DNA of 64,000 bases from NCBI RefSeq assembly GCF_001194135.2, contig NC_068984.1:9516516-9580515 (forward strand). The letters run 5' to 3'. Shown here one piece after another: positions 25,612 to 38,744 of this stretch (positions within the stretch are counted from its first letter, which is position 1; each line of letters opens with the position of its first letter). The DNA is from Octopus bimaculoides. Its lineage: Eukaryota. The notes beneath the pieces were generated by a model, which had not been told where the DNA came from, did not search any database, and saw only the letters and a program-made list of their open reading frames with translations. The position numbers and the translations under genes were made by a program.

Positions 25612-25810
25612 NTATATAAAGGGAGAATTCACAAAAAAACAACAAACGAAGACAGGTAGTGTAGAAAACAAACAGATGTATTTGTATAACGCTCGGGAAT
25701 TGAAAAAGTCTTCAACGTTTCGAACCTACGCTCTTCCACAGAAAGGAACACAGAAAGAAACAAGGAGAGAAAAAAATGTGTGTAGTGGTTAGCGATCTAT
25801 CATGGCGAAT
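25612..25810 (-). repeat. Repeat carrying a hammerhead-like motif with a CUGUGGA core
   Basis: Minus strand CTTT-CTGTGGA-A-GAGC-GTAG-GTTC-GAAACGT-T-GAAG at 25708-25746; homologous to 15255-15450. Confidence 0.65.
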
Positions 25811-26351
25811 GATATATTTAAGTTTCGACTTTCTCGCCTCAACAATAAATTTTATGTCAAAACATTCGAAAAACAGGTATAATCGGTGTTTTTCCATCAA
25901 CTATCACCAAATTTTCCCTCATTCTCTCACTCTCTGTCTTTCTCCTACTCTTTCTTTCTCTTTGTTTGTCTCCCTCTACTTCTTTACCTCTCTGCCTCTC
26001 TTTTATTTACTTACATTTTCTTTCGTTCCACCCCCATTTCTCTTTCACGTCCTCTTTACTCTATCTTTCCTTTTTCACTCGCTAAAACTTGTTTCTCTTC
26101 CCTTTTCTCAATCCCAGGTTTTCAATGCATGTGTGTGTGTTTGTGTGTGTGTGTGTTTGAGTGTGTGTGTATGTGTGTATAGATACATACATATATATAT
26201 ACACACACATATATGTAAATATATACATATGTAATACGTGCATACATATATATGCATATGCATATACGTGTAGGCATATATGTGTGTATGCGCGTGTGTA
26301 TACAAACGGTAGCTATATGCATATATAATATACACATATATATATATATAC

Positions 26352-26392
<41 letters not shown>

Positions 26393-26607
26393 TTGTATAA
26401 TTGTGCTTATGTAATTTGTATTGCATAAGTACACATGAGTACGTGTGTGTATGAGTGCGTGTGAGTATATGTGAATGAGAGAAAGTGAGTGTTATACAGA
26501 TCCTATACACAATTGAATCGTTGAATTCAATTGTGAACGCCATTTTGGAAGCCAGTTCACTGCAGAGTCCATAAACTAAGAAAATAAAGCAGAACTGTGT
26601 GTGTGTG

Positions 26608-26677
<70 letters not shown>

Positions 26678-27600
26678 TGTACTAACCTAACATAAATTTT
26701 CAATCTTGCTTAGCCAGCTTAGAACATTTGGAAAATTCTGGAACATTAGCAAGCCCATTAGAATACAATACAAATAATAAGAGAACTGCCTGCGTAGAAT
26801 GTAATTGGATGCGTTTCAAAAAATAAACTTTCAAACCCGTTTTCCCTCATTTCTCCTCACCTTTTGTTACAAATTTGTTGTTGTTATCTGTTGAACATTC
26901 TAGAAGAGAGAACAAGAAATATTTCCTACCCAACTGTTGTAAACAACGGGAATTAACCAACTGAAATAAATTCCATTGAATAGAGACATGGTTTAGGTTT
27001 GTAGAAGCATCGGAGAGTAACGGTACGCTTCTTGAGAAATGACTTTTCTGCAGAACACAAGTTTCTCTTCATGGCTGGGTCGGTCGTTTTCACGTTTTCA
27101 CGTTCCTTTTTTTTTTATGGCCTGCGTTAATGGACTTTCACTGCACATGCGCCTGTAAACCGGAAACAACATATGTAAAAGGTTGTTTTCTCTCATTATT
27201 CAGTGTATTCAGGGAAATGCAGGGGGTCCCATGGTTCACCCTTTGTCGCTGTAATTTAGAATATTTCATTACGTTGCATAAGGTTTAGCTGGTTTTTCAC
27301 TCGTAATAACTGATGCCTTCGATAATTGTGTGAGTGTGTGTTGTAAACAACATACATATACGTTGTTTTTCATGTGTATATATATATGTATATAGATTTA
27401 TTTATTTATTTATTTATTTATTTATATATATATNNNNNNNNNNNNNNNNNNNNNNNNNNNNNNNNNNNNNNNNNNNATACTATGATGATAGTTTTTCTAT
27501 AGCGCTGCTTCCATGAAATAATTCATATATGTGTGTGTGTGTGTACGTGAGCAAAATACCTTGCACACGTATATACATTTATATATGCATGTATGTATTT

Positions 27601-27654
<54 letters not shown>

Positions 27655-27663
27655 GGCAGATAA

Positions 27664-27899
27664 AAAGGCGGCGAGCTGGCGGAAACGTTAGCACGCCGGG
27701 CGAAATGCTTAGCGGTATTTCGTCTGCCGCTACGTTCTGAGTTCAAATTCCACCGAGGTCGACTTAGCCTTTCATCCTTTCGGGGTCAATTAAATAAGTA
27801 CCAGTTACGCACTGGTGTCGATGTAATCGACTTAATCCATTTGTCTGTCCTTTTTTTTCCTCTCTATGTTTAGCCCCTTGTGGGCAATAAAGAAATAAG
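27664..27899 (+). mobile_element. SINE B, full length and little diverged, inserted in (GATA)n
   Basis: Complete head, core and tail type 1; GATA repeats on both sides. Confidence 0.9.
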
Positions 27900-28249
27900 A
27901 TAGATAGATAGATAGTGAGAGAGGAGAAGAGAGAGAGAGAGAAAAATAGCAGTAAGTGAATACAGTCTAGGAATCCAAGTGTAGGAAATTAGTAAGCTTC
28001 AAGCAATTAGGCGCCTGATACAGAGGACAGAAAGTGAACAAAATACGATTAAATATATTTAACATCGCCAGTTATTTTTAGCCAATAGCGAGACAGAAAT
28101 TTTCTGCGTTTAACAGAGCGGCGACTACTTTGAGGTTGTACCCTGTGAAATTTATAGTTTAGCGTGGCTACCTCGTCTTCAACCGCAGAGGCCAGGAAGT
28201 CAGATGCTGCGAACTGATACGTGCACGCATACATATACGTGTGTGCGAG

Positions 28250-28297
<48 letters not shown>

Positions 28298-28499
28298 TGT
28301 GTGTGTGTGTGTGTGTATGTGTGTGTGTGTGTGCGCGCGCGTGTGCGTGTTTGTGTGTGTGTGTGTGTGTGTGAGGAGTGTCTGTTACCTCGCTTTCGCT
28401 TAATTGCTTTCGATGTTTTTGTAGTCGTGAGTAGATATGGACCGCCTGTCCACTCTCACACCCTTCGTCCCGTCAAACATCGAAGATGTAGTAATTGGT

Positions 28500-28635
28500 A
28501 GGCACCGGGAGTTAGCTAATACTCATTCTCAGTTCCGTAGACTGGGTCGATACGAAACAAACTCCCTTGCTCAAGGACATAACGTCCTGCCCGGTCAGGA
28601 AATCGAACGTGCGATCTTGTAATTGTGAAAGCAAC
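28500..28635 (-). mobile_element. Degenerate tRNA-headed SINE fragment (C-like head and core)
   Basis: Minus strand GTTCGATTTCCTGACCGGGC...GTCCTTGAGCAAG. Confidence 0.5.
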
Positions 28636-28669
28636 ATACACACACACACATACACATACATACATACAT

Positions 28670-28701
<32 letters not shown>

Positions 28702-28703
28702 CC

Positions 28704-28760
<57 letters not shown>

Positions 28761-29329
28761 TACTTCGTTTTTTTAATTTGGTTTGCAAGATTCTTTATTT
28801 GAGTTCGTGTGTTGAAGCATATTTTGTTGTGTCTGGTGAGAGTTATTCTCTTTTAGTACCTTATTATTTAACACACTTACCGGTAAAGTTTCCACTCATT
28901 TACTTATATATATCATTTACTTATATATATCTAGTGCACTGTCGTCTGATTTCAATCATTTCAGTCACAGGCGTTCACAAATATTTTTCAGTAACGAACT
29001 AGAGAGCAGCAACAACCAACAAAAGCAGTAACAGCTGCAGCAATCAGAAGAATATTTCTTGTTGCTTTAAACAACACAAGCTAATTAATCTTATTAGATT
29101 GTTTTGTATTTTTTTGTTTGTTTGTTTCTTTGTTTGTTTGTTTGTTTGTTTTGCTGAGAACGAATGAAAGGCCAAAGACACCCTACGTGCTTACCAAAGG
29201 CCAAAGACACCCTACTTGCTTACAAGATAAAGCATTTAGAATGTTTTTAACGGCTAACACCTACATTAGATGCAAGCCGACAGAAAATCTGTCAGCCATT
29301 TTGTATGATCTTTACCAGTAAGTGCAGAT

Positions 29330-30045
29330 ATACGTGTGCGACAATTGACATATGGTGTGTGAGTTTGCGTGCGTGTAGATTACACGGGTGGACTTTACAG
29401 TAGCTGTAAACAGTGGGCCGATGGCAGTGTAATTAAATTAAGTTTCTGCTGTGTTTAAATGTGAATGTGTCGTGTGAGTAATAGGTGATATTTAAAAGTG
29501 TTTATACACGAAAGTGTGACGGAATCGTATGACACAAACCTTGTTAAAAATATACTTTGATGCAGAAATACATACATATCAAAACATGCACACATACATA
29601 AGTGTGTGTGTGTGTGTGTGTGTGATGTACGTGTACAGTCTATGTAGAAATTAGTAAATACTAAATTGGACGGTGAAATGTCATAGAGAAACTTCAAACC
29701 AGGTACTGTAAACAACGACCTCCAGATTAAGAAACGAAGTCACTCGCTAGACTGACAAAGACCACAGAAACACTTCAATAATATTGTCCCGGCCACATCA
29801 AAGAACTAATGACAGAAGAATGCCATGTTATGCTGCAGAATCATACGCCATTATCCAATTCGTTGGTGCAGTAAACATTTCCCTTGACGTAAACAAATGG
29901 CTACTAATTGCACTGTTACTCATCGAAGTGTTGTTACTATTTCTTTAAATATCTTATTATCATCGCTAGCACCGTGTCTGTGGTGATGAAGAGAGAACGG
30001 CTCACAGACTAAGGAACACTGACGCAATATTGATTAACTGGAAAT
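29330..30045. promoter_or_regulatory. Candidate cis-regulatory module in non-repetitive DNA
   Basis: Four GTAAACA Forkhead-type sites (29406, 29708, 29871, 29889), TCF/LEF-type ACATCAAAG (29795), TGACAG (29810) and TAATTAAATTAA. Motif content only. Confidence 0.3.
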
Positions 30046-30303
30046 TCTACACGCATCACACACACATGAGTGCGTGTGTGTGTGTGTATGTGTGTGTGTG
30101 TGTGTGTAAAGATATATATATATGCACACGCATATATGTAATATATGCGTGTGAGAGCGTGTTCTTAAGTCCATGTTATTGCATGACTATTTATGAGGCA
30201 GTGTGCGTTCGGTTGTCAGCACATATGTGTGTGGGTGGATATATATACATACAGACACCAATTCTCACGCACATACATATAAATATATACATACATATGT
30301 ATG

Positions 30304-30337
<34 letters not shown>

Positions 30338-31001
30338 TGATGTGTACGTGGGTGAATGTAAATTGATTGCAATAACAGGAACTGTGAAGTCATACTTCTG
30401 TTCGAAAAGTCAAAAATACATGCACCGTAGATATGCTTCTGTATATATGTATATATATATATANNNNNNNNNNNNNNNNNNNNNNNNNNNNNNNNNNNNN
30501 NNNNNNNNNNNNNNNNNNNNNNNNNNNNNNNNNNNNNNNNNNNNNNNNNNNNNNNNNNNNNNNNNNNNNNNNNNNNNNNNNNNNNNNNNNNNNNNNNNNN
30601 NNNNNNNNNNNNNNNNNNNNNNNNNNNNNNNNNNNNNNNNNNNNNNNNNNNNNNNNNNNNNNNNNNNNNNNNNNNNNNNNNNNNNNNNNNNNNNNNNNNN
30701 NNNNNNNNNNNNNNNNNNNNNNNNNNNNNNNNNNNNNNNNNNNNNNNNNNNNNNNNNNNNNNNNNNNNNNNNNNNNNNNNNNNNNNNNNNNNNNNNNNNN
30801 NNNNNNNNNNNNNNNNNNNNNNNNNNNNNNNNNNNNNNNNNNNNNNNNNNNNNNNNNNNNNNNNNNNNNNNNNNNNNNNNNNNNNNNNNNNNNNNNNNNN
30901 NNNNNNNNNNNNNNNNNNNNNNNNNNNNNNNNNNNNNNNNNNNNNNNNNNNNNNNNNNNNNNNNNNNNNNNNNNNNNNNNNNNNNNNNNNNNNNNNNNNN
31001 N

Positions 31002-31052
<51 letters not shown>

Positions 31053-31057
<5 letters not shown>

Positions 31058-31499
31058 TCCAGTGTACTCAGCTGGCAAGATTGAGTGGTACCTGTGAATC
31101 CGAAGGGCCAACCTTATTTCTTTATTGCCCACAAGGGGCTAAACATAGAGGGGGACAAACAAGGACAGACAAACGGATTAAGTCGATTACATCGACCTTA
31201 GTGCGTAACTCGTACTTAATTTATCGACCCCGAAAGGATGAAAGGCAAAGTTGACCTCGGCGGAATTTGAACTCAGAACATAAAGACAGACGAAATACCT
31301 CTAAGCATTCCGCCCAGCGTGCAAACGTTTCTGCCAGCTAACCTTGTCACATTCTGCGTCGCACTAGATCTCCATGAGAAGTACGTTAAGGGTACACGTG
31401 TCTGTGGAGTACTCAGCCACCTGAACAGTAATTTCACGAGCCGGCACTTCCGTTAACCGGATCAGATGGAGCACGTCTCGTCGTAACCGACGGAGTACC
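31053..31499 (+). mobile_element. SINE C split by an antisense SINE B (31113-31339)
   Basis: The C body stops at AAGGGCCAACCTT and resumes at AACCTTGTCAC; AACCTT is repeated at both junctions. Confidence 0.8.
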
Positions 31500-31644
31500 T
31501 GTTTATGTGTGTGTATGTGTGGGTATTAGAGAGTGTGAGCGTGACTCTGTGTGTGTGTGTGTCTGTGTGTGTGTGTGCGTGTCTTTATATATTTCAAGGT
31601 CATTGTTCAGTGATAAACTCAGGAGCAATACTGTCGATAATTTA

Positions 31645-31840
31645 TAATGGTTTCAAATTTTGGCACATGACCTGCGATTTTAAGGGAGGTTACGTAGACC
31701 CCAGTATTCAACTGGTACTTATTTTATCAACCAGCCCCCGAAAGAACGAAAGACACAGTTGACCCCTGGGTGAGATTTGAACTCAGAACTGACAACTGAA
31801 TGAAATGACGTAAAGCATTTTATCCAATATCCTAACGATC
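31645..31840 (-). mobile_element. Degenerate SINE B
   Basis: GACCCCAGTATTCAACTGGTACTTATTTTATC...GATTTGAACTCAGAAC. Confidence 0.7.
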
Positions 31841-31900
31841 CTAACAGTACTCATTACACACACACACACACACACACACACAATCACACGCGCGCGCACA

Positions 31901-31935
<35 letters not shown>

Positions 31936-32871
31936 TATGGACTTCTTTCAGTTTCCGTCTACTAAATCCACTCACNNNNNNNNNNNNNNNNNNNNNNNNN
32001 NNNNNNNNNNNNNNNNNNNNNNNNNNNNNNNNNNNNNNNNNNNNNNNNNNNNNNNNNNNNNNNNNNNNNNNNNNNNNNNNNNNNNNNNNNNNNNNNNNNN
32101 NNNNNNNNNNNNNNNNNNNNNNNNNNNNNNNNNNNNNNNNNNNNNNNNNNNNNNNNNNNNNNNNNNNNNNNNNNNNNNNNNNNNNNNNNNNNNNNNNNNN
32201 NNNNNNNNNNNNNNNNNNNNNNNNNNNNNNNNNNNNNNNNNNNNNNNNNNNNNNNNNNNNNNNNNNNNNNNNNNNNNNNNNNNNNNNNNNNNNNNNNNNN
32301 NNNNNNNNNNNNNNNNNNNNNNNNNNNNNNNNNNNNNNNNNNNNNNNNNNNNNNNNNNNNNNNNNNNNNNNNNNNNNNNNNNNNNNNNNNNNNNNNNNNN
32401 NNNNNNNNNNNNNNNNNNNNNNNNNNNNNNNNNNNNNNNNNNNNNNNNNNNNNNNNNNNNNNNNNNNNNNNNNNNNNNNNNNNNNNNNNNNNNNNNNNNN
32501 NNNNNNNNNNNNNNNNNNNNNNNNNNNNNNNNNNNNNNNNNNNNNNNNNNNNNNNNNNNNNNNNNNNNNNNNNNNNNNNNNNNNNNNNNNNNNNNNNNNN
32601 NNNNNNNNNNNNNNNNNNNNNNNNNNNNNNNNNNNNNNNNNNNNNNNNNNNNNNNNNNNNNNNNNNNNNNNNNNNNNNNNNNTATATATATATATATATA
32701 TAGATAGGTATATATATACATATAAATATACATATATATACATACACATATATATATGTATATGCATATATGTATATATATGTATATACATATATGTACA
32801 TATATATATACATATATGTATATACATATATGCATATATATGTATATATATATGTATGTATATATATATAT

Positions 32872-32911
<40 letters not shown>

Positions 32912-32992
32912 ATGTATGTATGTATATACATATGTGTATGTGTATATATATGTATACATATATATGTGTGTATATACATATATATTTATTAT

Positions 32993-33059
<67 letters not shown>

Positions 33060-33139
33060 TGCTTAAAAGATGGATAAGCGGTTATATATGGCACCAAAAC
33101 ATCTGTAAAGATGTTACGTAACCATAAATATAATTAAGA

Positions 33140-33198
<59 letters not shown>

Positions 33199-33581
33199 GT
33201 GCGTGTGTGTACATGCATACATATACACACGTACAGACATACACGCTCATGTATATATTGTAAACAAGTAAATTATTCAAACAACAACACGCTAAATTCA
33301 CTCTCCATGTGTTGCTCGGTAACTAAGCAACGATGTGTTTACTCTCAGATACAATAATAAAGTTTGAAATAATCTGAAAGAAAAGAATAATCTCAATCTA
33401 GAAAACCTATAAAAATTTAATCACGACTAAAATTAGTAGAAACTTTTTAAAATATCGTTTATTTTAAATTGGATATAATTTAACTGTAAATAAACAAAAT
33501 TCAAACCAGTTCAAATTAGTTTCTTCGTCCTAACCACCACAATAAACATATTATTAACCAGAGTTAAAGCTTAAACTAGTA

Positions 33582-33958
33582 AGCATATAGCGTGGCTGTG
33601 TGGTTAGAAGTGTGCTTCCCAACCATATGGTCCCGGGTTCAGTCCCGCTTCGTTTCGCCTTGGGCAAGTGTCTTCGACTATAATCTCGAGCCGACCAAAG
33701 CTTTGTTGTGAGTAGGTTTGGTAGACGGAAGCTGAAAGAAGCCCGTCTTGTGTGTGTGTGTGTGTCGTATCTATGTGTCTGTGTTTATCACCACCGTTTG
33801 ACAACCAGTGTTGGTGTGTTTACGTCTCCGCAACCTAGCAGTTTGGCAAAAGATTCCGATAGAATTATTTTTTTTTTTTAATAACTAAAATTCTTCAAGG
33901 CAGTACCCCAGCATGGCCGCAATCAAATGACTGAAACAAGTAAAAAATAAAAGATAAA
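33582..33958 (+). mobile_element. SINE A, full length
   Basis: Head, CORE-like CCTTGGGCAAGTGTCTT, TG spacer, 3' half and tail. Confidence 0.88.
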
Positions 33959-34554
33959 AAATTCATACAATCTCTGCGTCGCGGTTTTATGTAGAATCGT
34001 AAATATCTATGGAACATGAAACACACAGACAACTTGACTCTAGTCCAAAACACTTTAATGAACAAGTAAAACGGATTATCAGAGAGTTAAGGTAGAGCCA
34101 GTCAGTATACTTAACACTAATGAGCAGCAAAAATCTAATTAGATATCGAATGTAATATTAATCAAGGTAACTGAATCATTCGAAGCAACACAAACCAATA
34201 ATCTTGCCATTAAAAAAAAAACAGAAAACGGTAATAGATAGAATAAAAACTTCTGCAACAAGACAACGCCAGACTTCGTAGCTCTGTAAGAAGCCGGAAT
34301 AAACACCAGGAACTTGAAGAAATCGAACTGGTACCACACCTAGCATATAGTCCGGACCTAACTCCCACGGATTATTACTTGTTCCGATCCATGGCTCACT
34401 TTTTGCGCCTCATCAACCAAGTGGAGGTGGAAGCTTTAGTGACAAGAACTGGTTTCAGCGGAAGATCGAAGAACTGGCAGAAAGGTAGCTTCAGGTTGTG
34501 CAACACGATGGCCTCCCCTTTGAATGCCAGGGTGTTTTTATCGTAACTTGACGA

Positions 34555-34960
34555 ATGCCCTCTTCAAGGGCCTTTATGGATGACACCACAGTACTTTCCA
34601 CTGAATGAAACGCGCACTTAGATAATTTAGTCATCTTGTCTAGAAATGGGCTTCGAGGCAAAGGAGTCGCGGAGCCTCTCACAACAGAAGGGGAAAATGG
34701 TGGATAAGATTGTGTTGACTGTCGGCAACGAACCCATCCCAACAGTGGTAGAAGAAGCAGTCAAGAGCCTTGAAACGCGGTAAGGCAATCCTTAGGTGAT
34801 ACAAAGAAGGGAAATGAAGCTAAGCAAATTGCAGAAAAGAGCATGCAAGCATTATGGCGTCTCTGGCAAATATAAGGCTTGGTGCCTGCAGGTCATTCTC
34901 ATACCTAAGCTCCTCTCGCCTTTGCTGATGTATGATATCAGCACTAACACAGATAGTAAC
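34555..34960 (+). mobile_element. HERO-type LINE RT fragment, decayed
   Basis: RAFMDDTTV (FMDD at 34573-34584), then with frameshifts KESRSL..KGK..IPTVVEEAVKSL and GVSGKYKAWCLQ..PKLLSPLLMYDI, matching HERO RT C-terminal motifs. Confidence 0.8.
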
Positions 34961-35309
34961 TGTGGAGTGCAAGATTAATAAATCCAGGTAGGTAGTGAAC
35001 GGTCCGATCCGTATGCAGCTCCCTCTCTCGTTTTAGTACTATCCGCGCCAAGCTTCCGCTGTCTTCTCAACTCCCCTTTTTAACAGGAAGTACATGAGAT
35101 TATCTGCCTCGCTCGTTAGCAGGAAGTAAACGAAATTACCTGTCTCGTACCATGTTCACTTCCTGTATATATATTTGTTATCCATACCAACGTTATTTCA
35201 CTTCTGCCAAAAGGTCGTTGAGAAACGTTTATCTCGCCACCTTCGGAAAATATTATATTATATTATATTATATTATAGGTATACAGAACAATAAATATAT
35301 GCAAACAAA

Positions 35310-35428
35310 AATACCTTGTTCTTGATGTTAACATTCCAATGAACGAACCCTGGATCTAAGTTAGAAACCGGCTCTTTCTCTATTGGCAAGAACTCTCGGA
35401 AATAAAACTAAATAGTGACATACATATA
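35310..35428 (+). mobile_element. 3' tail fragment of the R4/Dong-like LINE
   Basis: Shares GAAACCGGCTC and a terminal GACATACATA run with the 3' UTR at 38886-39021. Confidence 0.45.
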
Positions 35429-35565
35429 CATGTGGTCATTAGTTTTTCCATTATATTAGCAATAACGACAAAGACCATAATGGAGGAATACTTATACACA
35501 TACACACACACACACACATACACACACACACACACATACACACACACACATACACACACACACAT

Positions 35566-35597
<32 letters not shown>

Positions 35598-35606
35598 TTC
35601 TAATTT

Positions 35607-35643
<37 letters not shown>

Positions 35644-35709
35644 TCGTATGTTAGCATTTATACATTACGTCCTATATCAGCTAATGTATGCTTATAAATA
35701 TTCATATGC

Positions 35710-35742
<33 letters not shown>

Positions 35743-35745
<3 letters not shown>

Positions 35746-35898
35746 CAGTCCCTCGACTATCGCGGATATTACGTTCCAAACCCAACCACCCACCCGTGAT
35801 AGGTGAAAATCCGCGAACTAAAAACAAGTACTGTACTGTATTTTTTTTAATTATTTTTATAATTTGTATATATTTATTTCACTATAAATGCAAAACAA
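35743..35898 (+). mobile_element. Tigger/pogo-type MITE left end, truncated by a gap
   Basis: TA followed by CAGCAGTCCCTCGACTATCGCGG, resembling Tigger/MER2-type TIRs. Confidence 0.6.
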
Positions 35899-37805
35899 NN
35901 NNNNNNNNNNNNNNNNNNNNNNNNNNNNNNNNNNNNNNNNNNNNNNNNNNNNNNNNNNNNNNNNNNNNNNNNNNNNNNNNNNNNNNNNNNNNNNNNNNNN
36001 NNNNNNNNNNNNNNNNNNNNNNNNNNNNNNNNNNNNNNNNNNNNNNNNNNNNNNNNNNNNNNNNNNNNNNNNNNNNNNNNNNNNNNNNNNNNNNNNNNNN
36101 NNNNNNNNNNNNNNNNNNNNNNNNNNNNNNNNNNNNNNNNNNNNNNNNNNNNNNNNNNNNNNNNNNNNNNNNNNNNNNNNNNNNNNNNNNNNNNNNNNNN
36201 NNNNNNNNNNNNNNNNNNNNNNNNNNNNNNNNNNNNNNNNNNNNNNNNNNNNNNNNNNNNNNNNNNNNNNNNNNNNNNNNNNNNNNNNNNNNNNNNNNNN
36301 NNNNNNNNNNNNNNNNNNNNNNNNNNNNNNNNNNNNNNNNNNNNNNNNNNNNNNNNNNNNNNNNNNNNNNNNNNNNNNNNNNNNNNNNNNNNNNNNNNNN
36401 NNNNNNNNNNNNNNNNNNNNNNNNNNNNNNNNNNNNNNNNNNNNNNNNNNNNNNNNNNNNNNNNNNNNNNNNNNNNNNNNNNNNNNNNNNNNNNNNNNNN
36501 NNNNNNNNNNNNNNNNNNNNNNNNNNNNNNNNNNNNNNNNNNNNNNNNNNNNNNNNNNNNNNNNNNNNNNNNNNNNNNNNNNNNNNNNNNNNNNNNNNNN
36601 NNNNNNNNNNNNNNNNNNNNNNNNNNNNNNNNNNNNNNNNNNNNNNNNNNNNNNNNNNNNNNNNNNNNNNNNNNNNNNNNNNNNNNNNNNNNNNNNNNNN
36701 NNNNNNNNNNNNNNNNNNNNNNNNNNNNNNNNNNNNNNNNNNNNNNNNNNNNNNNNNNNNNNNNNNNNNNNNNNNNNNNNNNNNNNNNNNNNNNNNNNGG
36801 TGGTGGTGGTGGTGGTGGTGGTGGCGGTGAAGAACAACAACCACAACAACAACAACTAGAAGAAGAAGAAGAAGAAGAAGAAGAAGAAGAAGAAGAAGAA
36901 GAAGAAGAAGAAGAAGAAGAAGAAGAAGAAGAAGGGTTTTATAGTAATAATAATGATAATAAAAGTTTCAAAGCGGAGTGCTGTGCGCTTGTACTTCTGA
37001 ATAAAATGTAAAATCTTTTGCTTTCGGGGATTATCTATCGTCTGCCATATGCGAGAGATGAACATTGAACAGAAAGAGAGAAGGGGGGAGAAGTATTCAA
37101 GGGGAAAAAGGTTAAAAAAATACATCCGTGCATTTAAGGAAAATACGTGGATCATATTGGATATTTTCTGGTCAGAGTTTTGGAATCGATTAATCTATAT
37201 GTTATTATATATTTTATTTTAGTCTACATTATTTTACTTTTATTTTATTTCGAAATAATGGATCGATAAGACTAAAAGTGTACGGGAAAGAAAATAAAGA
37301 CATGGCGGTCGGGAGAGAAGGAAGGGAGATTTGAGGATGAAGGCATTATACAACATTATTTTACAGGAATAAAATCACGTGATCAGAACAAGGCTAAAAG
37401 CGCTCGCTTTGTAGTGATTATCGATATGTTCCAAATGAACAGCTAGCACAGGTTTAGCAAGTAAGCAAATGGATCGAAGTCAAAAAGTTGAGATTTGGGG
37501 ATGGGGTGAAAAACCTGATCAGAACTAACGGAAAACGACAGTTTTTGTTTTCTTCGAAAGGGTGCAATGGCGGATAAAGAAACCACTTGAAAAGTAATCA
37601 GTGAATTTATGTCTAATGGCTGTCTAATGGCTCTCTTTTTGATTCCAGGGTTTTAGGTTGAATTACATTTATCATGCTAATGATGCAACGACAATATACG
37701 TGATTAAATTTGTTTTAATATCACTGTGTGCGTGTGTTTGCATATATAACTATATATTACCTTATAACTATATGGTCTCTCTATCTGTCTATCTAGTATA
37801 TATAT

Positions 37806-38646
37806 AATGTTTCAGTTTTAGGGCTGCGGTCATGCTGGAGCACCACCGTTGACTGAGCTACACCATTACTTGGAACCTCCTGTAATATGTGGCATTTGAT
37901 CAATGAGGGAATTTGATGCTGCTGCCCTCATCTATGTTTCTTGCCGTGAGGTAGGCTCATCTGGAGCCCGTAATAGGAAGAGATCCAGTTTTATTTTAAA
38001 GGCACCTCTCAGGCATTTTGGAAGGATATTAGAGAGATGTGGGCCCCTGAAGCCCAAGCTGTTTCAGTATCTAGTCCTGTATTTTAATGGCGATGCTGAG
38101 ATCTTTGGCCCTATGCAGTGGCGCCCCGTTCGGTAGTTTGAATAACTTCCAATGCCAAAGTTTGGTACAAGGCCTTCTAGGATTTTCCAGATGTATATCA
38201 CTGCATATCTCTCCCGCGTTCGTTCTAGGGAGAAGAGTTTCAATTCTTTAAGTTTTTCCCAGTAGCTGACATGTTACATCGAGACGATTTTCTTGGTGTA
38301 GTTTCGTTGGAATGCTTCGAGTTCCGCCGTTGATTTTTTATTGTGTGGAGACCATAGTTGGGAGCAATAGCCTAAGCGGCTGAGTACTTTTGTCCTCCAG
38401 AGGATCATCAATGTCTCCTTTTCTCTTGTTTTGAAAGTTCGGAGGATCCAGCCAGCCAGCCGTCTGCATTGTATTACCAAATTGGTAATACGCACCCGGA
38501 AAGATGCATCATTGCTCATGTCAATGCCCAGGTCATGCACTGATTTTGATTCAGGGATTTCAATTCCTCCTGGGCCAATGTATCCTGTCTGCACGTAGTT
38601 TAGTTTTGTGTGTTGGTAGCATAGGGCCTGGAATTTTCCTGCATTA
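37806..38646 (-). mobile_element. 5'-truncated CR1/L2-group LINE, second and divergent copy
   Basis: FNAGKFQAL, VHDLGIDMSNDASF, GWILRTFKTR, LGYCSQLWSP and IYIWKILEGLVPNFG are homologous to 2499-3447; same 3' tail. Confidence 0.88.
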
Positions 38647-38744
38647 AAAATTTATTCTAAATTAAAAAGAGAAAACGAACATACATACATACATACATAC
38701 ATACATACATACATACATACATACATGCATACATGTATACATAC

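Noticed and set aside
38580-38646. Both CR1-group copies are 5'-truncated within about 70 bp of the same position
   Set aside because: Two copies are too few to distinguish an RT pause site from coincidence.
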